DNA of 64,000 bases from Poseidonia sp. (GTDB lineage: Archaea > Thermoplasmatota > Poseidoniia > Poseidoniales > Poseidoniaceae): positions 923 to 64,922 of the forward strand of contig JAYOHN010000003.1 of assembly GCA_038118245.1 (NCBI GenBank), in the 5' to 3' direction. Below are positions 1-10,010 of this stretch, in pieces; the stretch's first letter is position 1, and every line of letters starts with the position of its first letter. The translations under genes were made by a program, and so were the position numbers. The notes under the pieces were generated by a model. It was given only the letters and a program-made list of their open reading frames with translations, made no database searches and was not told where the DNA came from.

Positions 1-1
1 A

Positions 2-871
2 GTTTGGTCCACCGATGACCCCAACGTGCTTGAGTTTCGATTTACCAACCAAATCTCTGTGTTTGACCAAATCATCCCTTCTCTTATCCCACGGAAAGGA
101 GAATCCTTGAACAGAACGACGGCTCACTGGTTCAAATTGGTTGAAGAGGCAGGCATTTGCAAAACCCATCTTCTTGAAGTCAACGGCCCCGACCGTTGCC
201 TCGTCCGGAAAGTCACGATCATCAAAGAGCCCGGGGCCATCCCTCGGGACATGGAATGGGTCTTTGTTCCCCTCGAAGTCATTGTGCGCCACTATCTTTC
301 CGGGTCGGCCTGGCGTCGTTTCCAACGTGGTGAATTGTCCGCTGAGGCGCTGGGTGTTTCACCTGACTGCGAGTATGGGGTCAAACTCGAGAAACCCTTC
401 GTTGAGGTGACCACCAAATTTGAGAAATTTGACCGCAACATTGACCGGGAGGAAGGTCTCGAGATTTCCAACATCACGGAAGCAGAATACGACGCCATTG
501 TTTCCGCCGCCCTAGCAGTGGACGAAATCATCGAGCACGAGGCAGCAAAGAACGGTCTGATCCATGTTGACGGTAAGAAAGAGTTCGCCCTTGGAACAAA
601 CCGAGAAATTGTGCTCGTGGACACGTTTGGGACCCTTGACGAAGACCGGTGGTGGGACGCAGAAGCCTATGCCAATGGAGAATGCATTGAACTCTCGAAG
701 GAATTTGTTCGCTCACACTACATTGAAACCGGTCACCAAGCGGCTCTCAAGACCGCCCGTGATGCGGGCACAGAGGAACCACCAATTCCCGCTCTGCCCG
801 ATTCCGTGATTGAAGAAACGGCCAACTTGTACGCCTCGATGTTTGAGCGGCTGACCTCGCAATCGTTCTGA
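2..871 (+). CDS. purC: SAICAR synthase (phosphoribosylaminoimidazole-succinocarboxamide synthase), 5' end cut by window edge
   Basis: The frame stays open to nt 2 (VWSTDDPNVLEFRFTNQISVFD...), so the listed GTG at 26 is probably internal. PurC-like segments are present: ISVFD, HVDGKKEFALG and VLVDTFGTLDEDRWWD, the last being the equivalent of the family D-x-x-TPD-x-x-R-x-W region. Confidence 0.85.
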   Translation, partial: VWSTDDPNVLEFRFTNQISVFDQIIPSLIPRKGESLNRTTAHWFKLVEEAGICKTHLLEVNGPDRCLVRKVTIIKEPGAIPRDMEWVFVPLEVIVRHYLSGSAWRRFQRGELSAEALGVSPDCEYGVKLEKPFVEVTTKFEKFDRNIDREEGLEISNITEAEYDAIVSAALAVDEIIEHEAAKNGLIHVDGKKEFALGTNREIVLVDTFGTLDEDRWWDAEAYANGECIELSKEFVRSHYIETGHQAALKTARDAGTEEPPIPALPDSVIEETANLYASMFERLTSQSF

Positions 872-1558
872 TTATCGGTGGCTGCGTAAGGCGAGGCCCA
901 CTCGCCTTCGTTCAGCTGCTTTGAGCAGCGCCGAGAGGTGTTTAGCGACATCCGCCACTCCACCGTCAAGGGGTTCTTCGTAAGACGCCGTCCAGGCACG
1001 GTTTGCAAAATCCTTGCGGAGTTGATGGACACCCTCGGCCGTGAGATAACCGTGGATTTGCATACCTCCAAAGCCGTTCTCGTACCTGTCATGGCCTCGG
1101 TGAGCGTCTTGACAACCGTGAGCGAGTTGCTCAAGCCCGTTGATCATGCGGTCGTACAGATCTTGGCCGTCGTTGTCAGTAATGCTTCGATTTGGACGAA
1201 TATGGTCCAGCAAGTATTGCAGCGCCGACCCGTTTCCATGGGGGAATCGTCCAAACCGCTCACGAGTGAGGGTTTCACCGATGGGGAGCGGTCGTCCGTC
1301 GTTGGCCAGTTCAACGCAGGAGGTGAACAGAAGCATGGCGTTGTCCCACGGTATGCTGCTGAATGATTCGGGCGAATCAATCCCTTGTTCTGAGAGGCGT
1401 CGCTCAAGAGCGTTGTCTTCCTTGACGGTGTCATGCCACATGCCCTCGTCGCCTTGCATTGCAGCCTCCACGGCTTGCATGACTGCAGCAGCACGCTCTC
1501 CGTTGAAAGCATCGAGCGTGTAAAACGGAGACGTCGATGACAGCGACCCTTCGTCCAT
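872..1558 (-). CDS. hypothetical protein (228 aa, soluble)
   Basis: This is the longest ORF here with non-repetitive, protein-like composition. Its stop abuts the purC stop with no spacer (convergent). I recognise no motif. Confidence 0.5.
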   Translation of the reverse strand: MDEGSLSSTSPFYTLDAFNGERAAAVMQAVEAAMQGDEGMWHDTVKEDNALERRLSEQGIDSPESFSSIPWDNAMLLFTSCVELANDGRPLPIGETLTRERFGRFPHGNGSALQYLLDHIRPNRSITDNDGQDLYDRMINGLEQLAHGCQDAHRGHDRYENGFGGMQIHGYLTAEGVHQLRKDFANRAWTASYEEPLDGGVADVAKHLSALLKAAERRRVGLALRSHR

Positions 1559-1606
1559 ACCAACGGGGCGGAAACCCCTTGGTTAAGACCTTGCTTTGGA
1601 AAAGGG

Positions 1607-4600
1607 TCACCGGTCGCCGAAGAAATCCTTCATTCGGTCCTCAATGGAACCTTTGGGCTCCACCACTTCATCTTCGACGATCTCTTCCCGGAGCGAAGCC
1701 AGCCGCCCACTGGCCGTCGCAGGCGTGGGGTTTTCCTCGGGTTCAACCGCTTCAACCACTTCTACCACCGATACGGTTTCAACATCTTCGACGCTCACCT
1801 CGATCGTCTCTCCAATCCGCTCCGTCTGTTCAACAACCATCTGGATGTCTTCTTCCTCGGCGTCGCTCTCTGGCGACACGGTTTCCTTTTGCGAGTCACC
1901 GGCGGATGACGAACCGTTTTCGATTCCAGATTCCGAAGGGGTGCGCTCGCTTGGTGGGCGACTTCCTGTTGAAGAATTGGAGGGTGGTCGAATGAACCCT
2001 CCAAACCACGCCCCTGCAAACAATAGGGCTGCTATCGCGACCACCCATCCAACATCGTTGCTGGTCACGCTGAGCAAACCCTCGGCTTTGTAGAAGGTGC
2101 TCGCCGTGTCATCATCCTCGTTGTCGTCAATGTCAAAGGGAACACTGCATCCCACAGAGGCAGTGATCTGCTCGTCCTTTTCGATGCTGTTGGGATTTTC
2201 GATGAAGACGACCGGCGCGAAATCGGCGTAGGCTATGTCAACAATGTAACTGGTGCTCCAACCTCCCGATGCTTCTACCGTGAGTTCACAAACGGCGTCT
2301 TCAAGAATGCTGAATCCCGTTCGTTTGATGCCGATGGTGATGTCGCCGTCCGATGTGAGGGAATTGATGCCGATGTTCCAATTGCTTGCCCTCGAGGTCA
2401 CCGACACTTCTGACCGGTCCAATTCTCGTCCAAACTGGTCGGAGGCAACCAGGACCACATCAAACATGCCTGGGTCGGGTGTCCAATCCACCACCGAGAG
2501 GTTCACCACTTCCTGTGTCCCCATGTTCACCTTCCACAGTTCGGTTTCAAGCGGGACACGTTCCCCTCTCGAGGTCACCAGTGTGATGGCCGCACGCAAA
2601 GCGGATTGGTCATCGGCCGTCATGTCGCATTGTGCAACGGTCCCGCTGATCGTGGTTCGTCCAAGCCCATCAAACACATTCGGCAGGAAATCGCATCGGA
2701 CCTCTGCATCGGGGTAGGTCCTCGCGACCACGTACAACGAGAGGTTGCTTGTCCCCCCTTGACTTGAAAATGCGATTTCTTGCTCCCCCGTCGTGGAAGG
2801 TTGGTTGAAGTGCACGGCGTTTGAATCGATGTCAACCAACAATCCGGAGGTGGCCGAAGGCACATCGTTCTCGAGGAGATGATAGCCAACGGATTGTGCT
2901 GTTCCGATGTAAGCGTCTCGTACGGGGCTTTCTGCCCATGAGATGGTTGCTTCCATCACTTCGATGTTGTGTGCAATGGTGCCCAAGAGAGGGTGATGCA
3001 CGTTCACCGTGACCAAGAACCGCTGGCCGTTCCAATCGTTGGAAGGAATGAGTTGAAGAGGAAGACCCTGTATATCGCCTGGTGCAAGCACCATTTGCAC
3101 GCCTTGCTCGGTGGACCATCCGTTCGGTAGGCCGTCCACATCAACGCTGAGAACCGCGATGTCGTTGCCGAGGTTCTCCACCCAAGCGGTGGGGTACCCG
3201 CCTTGCTGGTTAACGGCCCAAGCATTTCGGTGGTCCACGTTGATGTTGGGTTGTGCACCGACGCGAACCGGCACTTCCTCTTCGATCATGCCCGAGGTGT
3301 CGTTCCCAGTGATTCGTATTCTGAGCACGCCGATTTCACCCGCAATGGCGTCCACCGGAGGTTCAACAAATACAGTGAAGGTGGTGGTGGAAAACGGTGC
3401 GATGGCTTCGGTCGCGTCCGGTAGCGTGATGTTCCAGCCAGCACCGGCTTTCGCAAAATAGGCTGTTTCGTAGGCGTTTCCCGTGTGAACAAGTTGAAGC
3501 GTGATGTTCTCTCCAACGGGGTCAATTTCAAGGTCGGCTCCTGTGAGGTTCAATCGCCATCCCGATACTGGAAGGACGTTGATGGACACCACCGTTTCAC
3601 CCACGACATAGCCGCTGGTGCTGTGCAGCAACGTCATCACGACTTGGGAACCTGCCCAAGCGGTAGAAGGGACCACAAAGCTGAACGATGCCTCGTGCGA
3701 AGCGTTGATGGCCAATATCGGGGAAGACACCTCCCCAGCCTGCCACGAAGAGGTGTCACCGTTCACGGGCAAGACCTCCAAAACGGGAATCAAGGTGATC
3801 GTGTCGTTCGCATTCCCGAGGTTGGTGACTTCGATGGAGAGGTTCACCGTTTCTCCGGGCACTGCATCGTGCGAGCTCCCGTTGAGGGAGACAACACGCC
3901 ACTCATGGCTCGGCGCCGCCTGGAGGCTCACCGTTACGGCATCGACCACCTTACCGCTTCCCCCTTCGGAGGTCCATGTAAACGTCACGTCAAAGGGCAC
4001 TTGGGCGGGGACATCCTCTGAAAGCACAACATCCACCGTGCCGATGCCTGTACTCAGCGGACCCAGGGTCTTAACGGGGTCATAATAGGTGAACTCAATT
4101 TCGGAGGAAAAAGCAGCATCGTCCTCGTTCACGCTTGCTGCAAGCGTGAAGGTGTCGGGTCCGTTTCCTGGATTGCTGAGGAAGAGAAGGAAACGATGGG
4201 ATTGAGACACGTTGAGTGAGACGACATCATCCTCGCTTTCGAGGGACGGCTCAATCAGAGAGATGTTCGCTCGGTAGATTTGCAACACTTGAAGCGAGGC
4301 GTTGAAAACAGCATCGGAGTCACCATCATCCGTATCAACGAACGCATGGCGTTTTGGGACAGCGTTTGGTGGAAGCACGAGTTCAAGGTCACCCGTGACG
4401 GTCTGACCCGGCGTACCTTGGGCCTCAAGGTACGTGCCGTTGAAGGCCCAATCTCCTTCGATGTTCCATGTCCAACCTTGTTGAAGCATTCCCATCTCGG
4501 CGAGGTTCCACTGGACCATCCCGTGGGAGGGCATGGTCCCCGTCAAGTTCCAGGTAAGGGTTCTATCTGGGAGGGAGCGTTGATGATTGGGCTCCAGCAC

Positions 4601-7396
4601 AAACTTCTGTGAGGTGAACTGGAACGGCATGGATTCGCACAAGGCCTCTTCGCCGCTTCCCATGCACATGGTGAGCGTGGATTCGGTCGTGGATCCGTAA
4701 CTTGCCGAGGCAGGGGTGGGAAGGTGGGCGACCAATTCTTGAGCCTCTCCGGGCGAGAGTGTGATGCTGAAGAGCTGGTTGCCTTGACGATCGTGGATGG
4801 AAGGCGAGCCTCCCCAGGATGGTGCAGACCATGTGATGGTTGTGGTGGTCTCTTCGGCGTTGCCGAGGTTTTCGACCATAAACCATGCCTTTGCGGTGTC
4901 TCCGGGTCTTCCAGCACCGTGAGATTCGTTCAGGCCTTGTGGCCCGGTCAAATCAAGGCCTCGTGTTCGTAGAACTTCGAGTGGCAATTCCAAACTTGTG
5001 TTCACAGAAGGGTCGCTGTCCAGCAACATCACAAAGGTCACAACACCCGATGCATCGCCCAAGGCGTCCGAGGGAACGGAGGCCTCGAACGAAACGGTTT
5101 GAGGTGTCTGTGGGACGAGTTCAAAGGCCATCGATTGGCTGCCGGCGGGCACGAAATTCCAACCGTCAGGTAGACCGTCAGTGGCGTACGTGAGGGTCCA
5201 ATCAGCCGTTCGTGAACCTGTTGATGTGAGGGTGATGTCGATCGTCTCTTCGTTGCCGGGAAGAATCCGTGGTGGGTCGAGTGGGCCCGAAATCTCCGCA
5301 ACATAAGGTTCCACAACAAGGTATGAAGAAGCAGCACGGTTGTTGTCTTCACGTTGTTCAGTGATGTTTTCGTTCACATCAAGGATGAGTTCGAAGCGGT
5401 GTTCACCAAGTTGGGCCGTGAACTCAGCGGTGAAGGTCAGCGGGCCTCCTTCACCCGATGGGGCGACGGGCTGACTTGTGGTGAATCGCTCTCGTCCGAG
5501 CTCCACGCCGTTCATGAGGATGACAGCATCCACGTCATCATCGGCTTCTGCCGTGCCCATGTTGGAAAATTGTGCGGTAACCGTGACCGTGTCTCCCGGA
5601 TCGGCTTGAGCCGGATTAAACGAGAGGCCTCGTCCGTCGAGCGAAGGGGCCAGGTCAACGCCTCTGTTGGACACCAGGGTGTCCCCAAACAACACGTCGA
5701 TGTGGCCGTCACCGTCCACATCCGCAAGTGCGGGAGCCGTCCACACGCGATGCGGCATCGAGAGCGGTGTTGACCATTCGTTGTTGATGTCTGCTGAAGC
5801 CCCCGTGTCGCCGTCAAAAGCCCAGAAGCGACGGCCGAATCCGATGAGAATCTCGGGTGTCCCCTCGCCGTCAATGTCAAGCCAAAAAGGAGGTGATGCC
5901 GCAATCTCATCGTTGTCCGTGCCGCTTCCGCGTTCCAAATCCCGAACCCATTCGTTGACGGGGTTCTCGTCGCTGATATCGGTGCATCCGAGCATCCCTT
6001 TTCGGCTTGTTGTGACGGTTGAATCCGAGTACCAGGTGGCCCAGCACAATCGGTCTGAAACGCCATCGTCGTCCGTGTCAAGGGGTGTTGGCTGTGTGTC
6101 TGCGTACCCGTTGGGTGCACGGAAATTGAAGACCTCTGTGGCGGATGCGATGTCCATGCCTACAAAACGTGCGCCTGTCCCCGACGTGCGTCCGTTTGCA
6201 TCGGTGGGAACCGTGAGGACCATTTCTGGAGCGGCATCTCCGTCGAGTTGGGTGATGACGGGACCGGGCAAGCGGAGGCGGGGTGCGTCCGAGTCCGAGT
6301 CTGTCCCCTGCACGGCCACACGTTCCCAGTCGAGGGACCCGGAGCCTCCGTCTATTTTCCAAATCCACATGTTTCCAGAGTTCGAATCAATGGTGGTCAG
6401 GAGGATGGAGGTCGTCGTGCTGTCAAGTTTTGCCCAAACCGGATCGGAGGGGTGGGTGCCTCGGTCCAAATTCACGCTCCAGTCCGATGCACTGGGCTGA
6501 GTTGTTGTCAACGTGAACGATTGAACGTAAATTGACGGGTTGTTTTCGGGGTCATCAACCACGGCCAAGACAAGCTCGGGGGAACCGTCCAGTTCGAGGT
6601 CAGCAAGCAGCGGTTGGGTCACCGCATCATGGTCGGAGTTGGCAGTCCAGATGTGGGGGGATGGCGAGCCGATTCGAACATCAGAATCGCTGTAAGACCA
6701 CAAGAGTTCGTTGCTGTGTCCGGAAACTTGCCAGTTTGACTCGGTGCAGGTCAGGCGTGGCGACCAGACATCAATGTTCAGAGCGCTTTGTGTGTCGTAC
6801 ACGACGATGATTTCGGGAAAGCCATCGGCATCAATGTCATGAATCATCGGAGTTGAACGGATGGCTTCGGTGTTGCCCAGTGACGCTCGCCAGGCAATTT
6901 TAGCGTCGTTGCCCGACACGATGTTGAGAAAACTCTCTCTGTTGCCGTCGTTGCTTTCACTTGAGATCATGACCGGGAACAAGGTGCCTTGTCCGCACCG
7001 TTCAGCGGCGGCAGCCGTTGCTGATACACTGGGTGAAAAATCCCCAATCACCGAGCCATAGGCATCGCTTCCTTCTCCAGACTCAAAGACCTGCCAGTTG
7101 ATGACGGGGTGTTCAAGCGTCATCAGTTCCGTGACCTCGCTGAGGTTTCCCTCGCCCGGTCCGCCTTCTGGGTCGTGGGCCGGCGCCGTTTGGTTGTGGG
7201 TCGGGGTTTTCCCGTATTGCCCCCAAGGTTGTGCATCCCCTGCCCAATCATTCCCGCCCGAGACAGACTTCTCTGCTCGTGATTTTTGGAGTTCAATCCC
7301 ACCGATTAGGGGCGTGAAGAGCACGGTCAGCAACAAGAAAACAGCAAGGATGGAAAAGGTCCGTTTTCCTCGTACCGCATCGGACCCTGCTGACAT
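1607..7396 (-). CDS. giant cell-surface protein with FG-GAP/VCBS-type propeller repeats, multiple CARDB/Ig-like domains, a C-terminal TM anchor and an acidic tail
   Basis: The ORF is 1929 aa with an N-terminal hydrophobic segment (FSILAVFLLLTVLFTPLIGG). It carries Ca-binding propeller-type motifs DIDADGFPEIIVV, DLELDGSPELVLA, DGDAAPEMVL, DIDGEGTPEILIG and DVDGDGHIDVLFG. It also has repeated x-N-x-G-N CARDB-like motifs (SNMGTAEADD, ENLGNAEETT, SNPGNGPDTF, TNLGNANDTI, HTGNAYETAY, ENLGNDIAVL). The C-terminal TM segment VGWVVAIAALLFAGAWFGGFI is followed by an E/V/S-rich tail. Confidence 0.8.
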   Translation of the reverse strand: MSAGSDAVRGKRTFSILAVFLLLTVLFTPLIGGIELQKSRAEKSVSGGNDWAGDAQPWGQYGKTPTHNQTAPAHDPEGGPGEGNLSEVTELMTLEHPVINWQVFESGEGSDAYGSVIGDFSPSVSATAAAAERCGQGTLFPVMISSESNDGNRESFLNIVSGNDAKIAWRASLGNTEAIRSTPMIHDIDADGFPEIIVVYDTQSALNIDVWSPRLTCTESNWQVSGHSNELLWSYSDSDVRIGSPSPHIWTANSDHDAVTQPLLADLELDGSPELVLAVVDDPENNPSIYVQSFTLTTTQPSASDWSVNLDRGTHPSDPVWAKLDSTTTSILLTTIDSNSGNMWIWKIDGGSGSLDWERVAVQGTDSDSDAPRLRLPGPVITQLDGDAAPEMVLTVPTDANGRTSGTGARFVGMDIASATEVFNFRAPNGYADTQPTPLDTDDDGVSDRLCWATWYSDSTVTTSRKGMLGCTDISDENPVNEWVRDLERGSGTDNDEIAASPPFWLDIDGEGTPEILIGFGRRFWAFDGDTGASADINNEWSTPLSMPHRVWTAPALADVDGDGHIDVLFGDTLVSNRGVDLAPSLDGRGLSFNPAQADPGDTVTVTAQFSNMGTAEADDDVDAVILMNGVELGRERFTTSQPVAPSGEGGPLTFTAEFTAQLGEHRFELILDVNENITEQREDNNRAASSYLVVEPYVAEISGPLDPPRILPGNEETIDITLTSTGSRTADWTLTYATDGLPDGWNFVPAGSQSMAFELVPQTPQTVSFEASVPSDALGDASGVVTFVMLLDSDPSVNTSLELPLEVLRTRGLDLTGPQGLNESHGAGRPGDTAKAWFMVENLGNAEETTTTITWSAPSWGGSPSIHDRQGNQLFSITLSPGEAQELVAHLPTPASASYGSTTESTLTMCMGSGEEALCESMPFQFTSQKFVLEPNHQRSLPDRTLTWNLTGTMPSHGMVQWNLAEMGMLQQGWTWNIEGDWAFNGTYLEAQGTPGQTVTGDLELVLPPNAVPKRHAFVDTDDGDSDAVFNASLQVLQIYRANISLIEPSLESEDDVVSLNVSQSHRFLLFLSNPGNGPDTFTLAASVNEDDAAFSSEIEFTYYDPVKTLGPLSTGIGTVDVVLSEDVPAQVPFDVTFTWTSEGGSGKVVDAVTVSLQAAPSHEWRVVSLNGSSHDAVPGETVNLSIEVTNLGNANDTITLIPVLEVLPVNGDTSSWQAGEVSSPILAINASHEASFSFVVPSTAWAGSQVVMTLLHSTSGYVVGETVVSINVLPVSGWRLNLTGADLEIDPVGENITLQLVHTGNAYETAYFAKAGAGWNITLPDATEAIAPFSTTTFTVFVEPPVDAIAGEIGVLRIRITGNDTSGMIEEEVPVRVGAQPNINVDHRNAWAVNQQGGYPTAWVENLGNDIAVLSVDVDGLPNGWSTEQGVQMVLAPGDIQGLPLQLIPSNDWNGQRFLVTVNVHHPLLGTIAHNIEVMEATISWAESPVRDAYIGTAQSVGYHLLENDVPSATSGLLVDIDSNAVHFNQPSTTGEQEIAFSSQGGTSNLSLYVVARTYPDAEVRCDFLPNVFDGLGRTTISGTVAQCDMTADDQSALRAAITLVTSRGERVPLETELWKVNMGTQEVVNLSVVDWTPDPGMFDVVLVASDQFGRELDRSEVSVTSRASNWNIGINSLTSDGDITIGIKRTGFSILEDAVCELTVEASGGWSTSYIVDIAYADFAPVVFIENPNSIEKDEQITASVGCSVPFDIDDNEDDDTASTFYKAEGLLSVTSNDVGWVVAIAALLFAGAWFGGFIRPPSNSSTGSRPPSERTPSESGIENGSSSAGDSQKETVSPESDAEEEDIQMVVEQTERIGETIEVSVEDVETVSVVEVVEAVEPEENPTPATASGRLASLREEIVEDEVVEPKGSIEDRMKDFFGDR

Positions 7397-7663
7397 TGTG
7401 GATGACCGCCTTCGGGGGGTTGTTATGGATTATGGCGATGTCGTGGACTTAAACCCCTTTTGTTGCCTGCATCATTCAACGCCATTCGGCGTCCAGCATG
7501 CCAGAGTCCACGGTCCCGCTCTCCGTTTCAATTAAATAGGGGTCGTCGGTGGAAGGAATGACTTCGGTCGCTTTCTCTCCTGAGGTAACCCGGTGAAGGA
7601 CGGAACTGCATCTTTGCTTCCGTTTCTCATCGCTGCCCCTTGAGAGGACTCAGAGGTGAAAAA

Positions 7664-8224
7664 ATGTACAAGGTCGTTACCAAGGAAGACACCATCCGAA
7701 TCCCCGCAGAGTACATGCGGAAAGGGCAATCCCTTGACCAACACATCGACCGCCTGTCCATGGACGCTTTTGAAGGTAAATTCGACGCAGAGAACCGCTT
7801 TGTGCTCGTGACCAACAACCACAAGACCATCGGTCGGGGACGCATCATCCACGGCGACGGAGCCATTTACCAAAAAGTCCAATTTGACGCCGTTCTCTTC
7901 TGCATGGACGACCAAGAGGTCGTGGAAGGTGCGGTCTCTGAAGTCAACGAATTTGGCGCCTTCGTCCGCATCGGGCCCATGGAAGCTCTGCTCCACAAAT
8001 CCCAGATCATGGACGAACCGGTGGACATCAACATCGGTGCAAACAAAATCACCGGTCGACAAACCGGGCGAGAACTCGCAATTGGTTCCTTTGTCCGTGC
8101 TCGAATCGTCTCCCTGTCCCCCGACACCTCCGACCCACGTCGTTCAAAGATCGGACTGACCAGCAAGCAGGAAGGTCTCGGCTCCCCATCATGGTCCGGT
8201 GCCGGCCAAGACGGAGGCGAGTGA
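7664..8224 (+). CDS. rpo7: DNA-directed RNA polymerase subunit Rpo7 (E')
   Basis: MYKVVTKEDTIRIPAEY... is followed by an S1 domain (VEGAVSEVNEFGAFVRIGPMEALLHKSQI). The ATG at 7664 is preceded by GAGGTGA with a 5-nt spacer, so the track start at 7640 was trimmed. Confidence 0.9.
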   Translation: MYKVVTKEDTIRIPAEYMRKGQSLDQHIDRLSMDAFEGKFDAENRFVLVTNNHKTIGRGRIIHGDGAIYQKVQFDAVLFCMDDQEVVEGAVSEVNEFGAFVRIGPMEALLHKSQIMDEPVDINIGANKITGRQTGRELAIGSFVRARIVSLSPDTSDPRRSKIGLTSKQEGLGSPSWSGAGQDGGE

Positions 8225-8225
8225 T

Positions 8226-8429
8226 TTGGCAAAAATTCCATTCGCATGCGGTGAGTGTCACCTCGTCCTCGGCGACGACGTTGACCAATGCCCCCGTCAC
8301 CCCTCCGCCCAAGTGTCATCCGACTGGACGGGCTACGTCATCATCATGCAACCTGAGCGGTCAGAAATCGCCAAGCGTCTCCAGGTAGAGCAACCAGGGC
8401 GCTACGCACTCAAAGTCAACATTCGATGA
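8226..8429 (+). CDS. spt4: transcription elongation factor Spt4 (RpoE'')
   Basis: Zinc ribbon ACGECHLV...CPRH followed by SDWTGYVIIMQPERSEIAKRL...GRYALKV, the typical Spt4 pattern. A TTG at 8226 lies 8 nt after a GGAGG and 1 nt after the rpo7 stop. The GTG at 8199 is an alternative start. Confidence 0.8.
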   Translation: MAKIPFACGECHLVLGDDVDQCPRHPSAQVSSDWTGYVIIMQPERSEIAKRLQVEQPGRYALKVNIR

Positions 8430-8439
8430 GGTGAATGAC

Positions 8440-8769
8440 ATGGAAATCAAAGACAGAAAAGAGAACAAAGTGCTGAACCGAGTTGAAATCTCCTTCAGCT
8501 GGAAGCACGACAAGAAAGCCACGCCCTCTCGAAAAGAAGTCATGGACCTGGTCCGGACCCTCGAACCAGGCTCCAATCCAGATTTCATCGTCGTCAAGGA
8601 TTGTGTCACTCGATTTGGTCAACCTTTGACCACTGGCCTCGCCTATATTTACGGCTCTGCGGAAGCCATGGCGGTGGAACCCGGATACATTCACAAGCGC
8701 CACGAGCCGTTCCGATCTTCCACCGCAGGCGAAGGTGGCGATGACGCAGCTGAAGGAGGCGATGAGTGA
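8440..8769 (+). CDS. rps24e: 30S ribosomal protein S24e
   Basis: [38 protein letters not shown] matches the S24e N-terminal pattern. GAGGTGA lies 5 nt upstream of the ATG at 8440. The track start at 8431 is a GTG inside that Shine-Dalgarno (SD) element. Confidence 0.85.
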   Translation: MEIKDRKENKVLNRVEISFSWKHDKKATPSRKEVMDLVRTLEPGSNPDFIVVKDCVTRFGQPLTTGLAYIYGSAEAMAVEPGYIHKRHEPFRSSTAGEGGDDAAEGGDE

Positions 8770-8936
8770 TGGGAGACGGTCCAAATGCCAAGGCCAAGTG
8801 GTCAAAATACAAAGTCGAAGATGGAAAGCTCGTTCGTGCTGAAAACTGCCCAAATTGCGGGCCAGGTGTTTTCTTGGCGCACCACAACAACCGCAAATCC
8901 TGCGGTCGATGCGGTCACACGACCATGAACGAATGA
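8769..8936 (+). CDS. rps27ae: 30S ribosomal protein S27ae (55 aa, absent from the ORF track)
   Basis: My translation is [55 protein letters not shown]. It has a C4 zinc ribbon (CPNC...CGRC) and the Y-x-V-x-x-G-K-x-x-R pattern of S27ae. AGGAGG lies 9 nt upstream. The ATG overlaps the S24e stop (TGATG). Confidence 0.85.
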   Translation: MGDGPNAKAKWSKYKVEDGKLVRAENCPNCGPGVFLAHHNNRKSCGRCGHTTMNE

Positions 8937-10010
8937 TCACTCGTCCTCGTTCATTGGATGAGGCAGCGATTCGAAACCGCTGTTCGCCCACGAGCCATCG
9001 TTGAATAAGAGCAACGCCCCGGAGTCTTCGGGGTGGATATGAACCGGTATCTCACGCGTTTCTTTTCGTTCACAAAATCCGGGACGAAGGCAGGCCTCTT
9101 CCCTCCAGCCTGCAATTCGCCATCCCTGAAGGCGTTCATCCCAGGCAGCGTGTTGCACCGGGCCGCTCAGTTGAACATGTTGGGACACCGAACCGTTATG
9201 CAGCCAAACAATTTCGCCGGTGGAGGTTGTCGCAAGTTCGTGAGCGCCCTGCCGAAAGTGGTGTTCAAGCGGCCCTTCAACGCCGTTCAAGACGTACTCC
9301 TCCATCACTTGACCCGTTTCCAACGACCGACGTTGAACGTGCCCACCCTTTGAGGTGATGAAGACATGATCGTCAGCGATGTGAAGGGCGATTGTTTCCT
9401 CGTTGCGAGGACGGCGTTTTGAGTACTGCCAGGTTGGGCTCGCCATTCGCCAGCGTTCTTCTGCTTGGGCCGTGATGCAATACAGGCCGCGCCGGTACAA
9501 CTCAAACACCAGCAGTTCGCCTGAACTTGCAAGGGCCATGGGTTCGGCGTCAAGCATGTGGGACCAAATGTTGCCGGCAGGATGATGGGTCACGGGTGTG
9601 TTCATCGACGTGCGCAAATCGGCTCGGTTTGTCCCGTTCAATGCCGAACCGATGGGGAGACTGGCCATGAAAGCCAAGAGCAATTCTCGGTCCAGCCACA
9701 TGGCGTGGAAGGCGTTGTTGCTCAGCGTGGCGTGGTGAACACGCATGGGCAAGGGGACGGTTGGTTCTGCGAGGGGCTGCATCGTTCGGTCAAGCCAGAG
9801 CAATTCGCCCTCCATCCCCGTGATAACGCAGCCACCGTCATGATGCAGGACATTATCGGGCAGAAACGGGATGCTTGGCGGCAACCCTTCGTCCATGATG
9901 GAGGCTGGCGTGGGGAGTAATTCAAGCCTCGTCTTCGGCAATTCAATGAACCGCTTGCCTTTCTTCGGACCATGGCCGACGGAGGTGTTGTGCTCATCGC
10001 CGTCAACCAA
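8937..10010 (-). CDS. hypothetical protein, possibly beta-propeller-like
   Basis: 357-aa ORF with repeated strand-like segments (GELLVFELYRRGLYCI, DDHVFITSKGGHVQRRSLETGQV, GEIVWLHNGSV, LLLFNDGSW). The start is uncertain, because the listed start overlaps the dtdA start by 39 nt. An internal ATG at 9896 is an alternative. Confidence 0.55.
   Translation of the reverse strand: MVDGDEHNTSVGHGPKKGKRFIELPKTRLELLPTPASIMDEGLPPSIPFLPDNVLHHDGGCVITGMEGELLWLDRTMQPLAEPTVPLPMRVHHATLSNNAFHAMWLDRELLLAFMASLPIGSALNGTNRADLRTSMNTPVTHHPAGNIWSHMLDAEPMALASSGELLVFELYRRGLYCITAQAEERWRMASPTWQYSKRRPRNEETIALHIADDHVFITSKGGHVQRRSLETGQVMEEYVLNGVEGPLEHHFRQGAHELATTSTGEIVWLHNGSVSQHVQLSGPVQHAAWDERLQGWRIAGWREEACLRPGFCERKETREIPVHIHPEDSGALLLFNDGSWANSGFESLPHPMNEDE

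Noticed and set aside
7532-8062. 176-aa minus-strand ORF overlapping rpo7
   Set aside because: It is antisense to a clearly identified RNA polymerase subunit gene and has no motifs.
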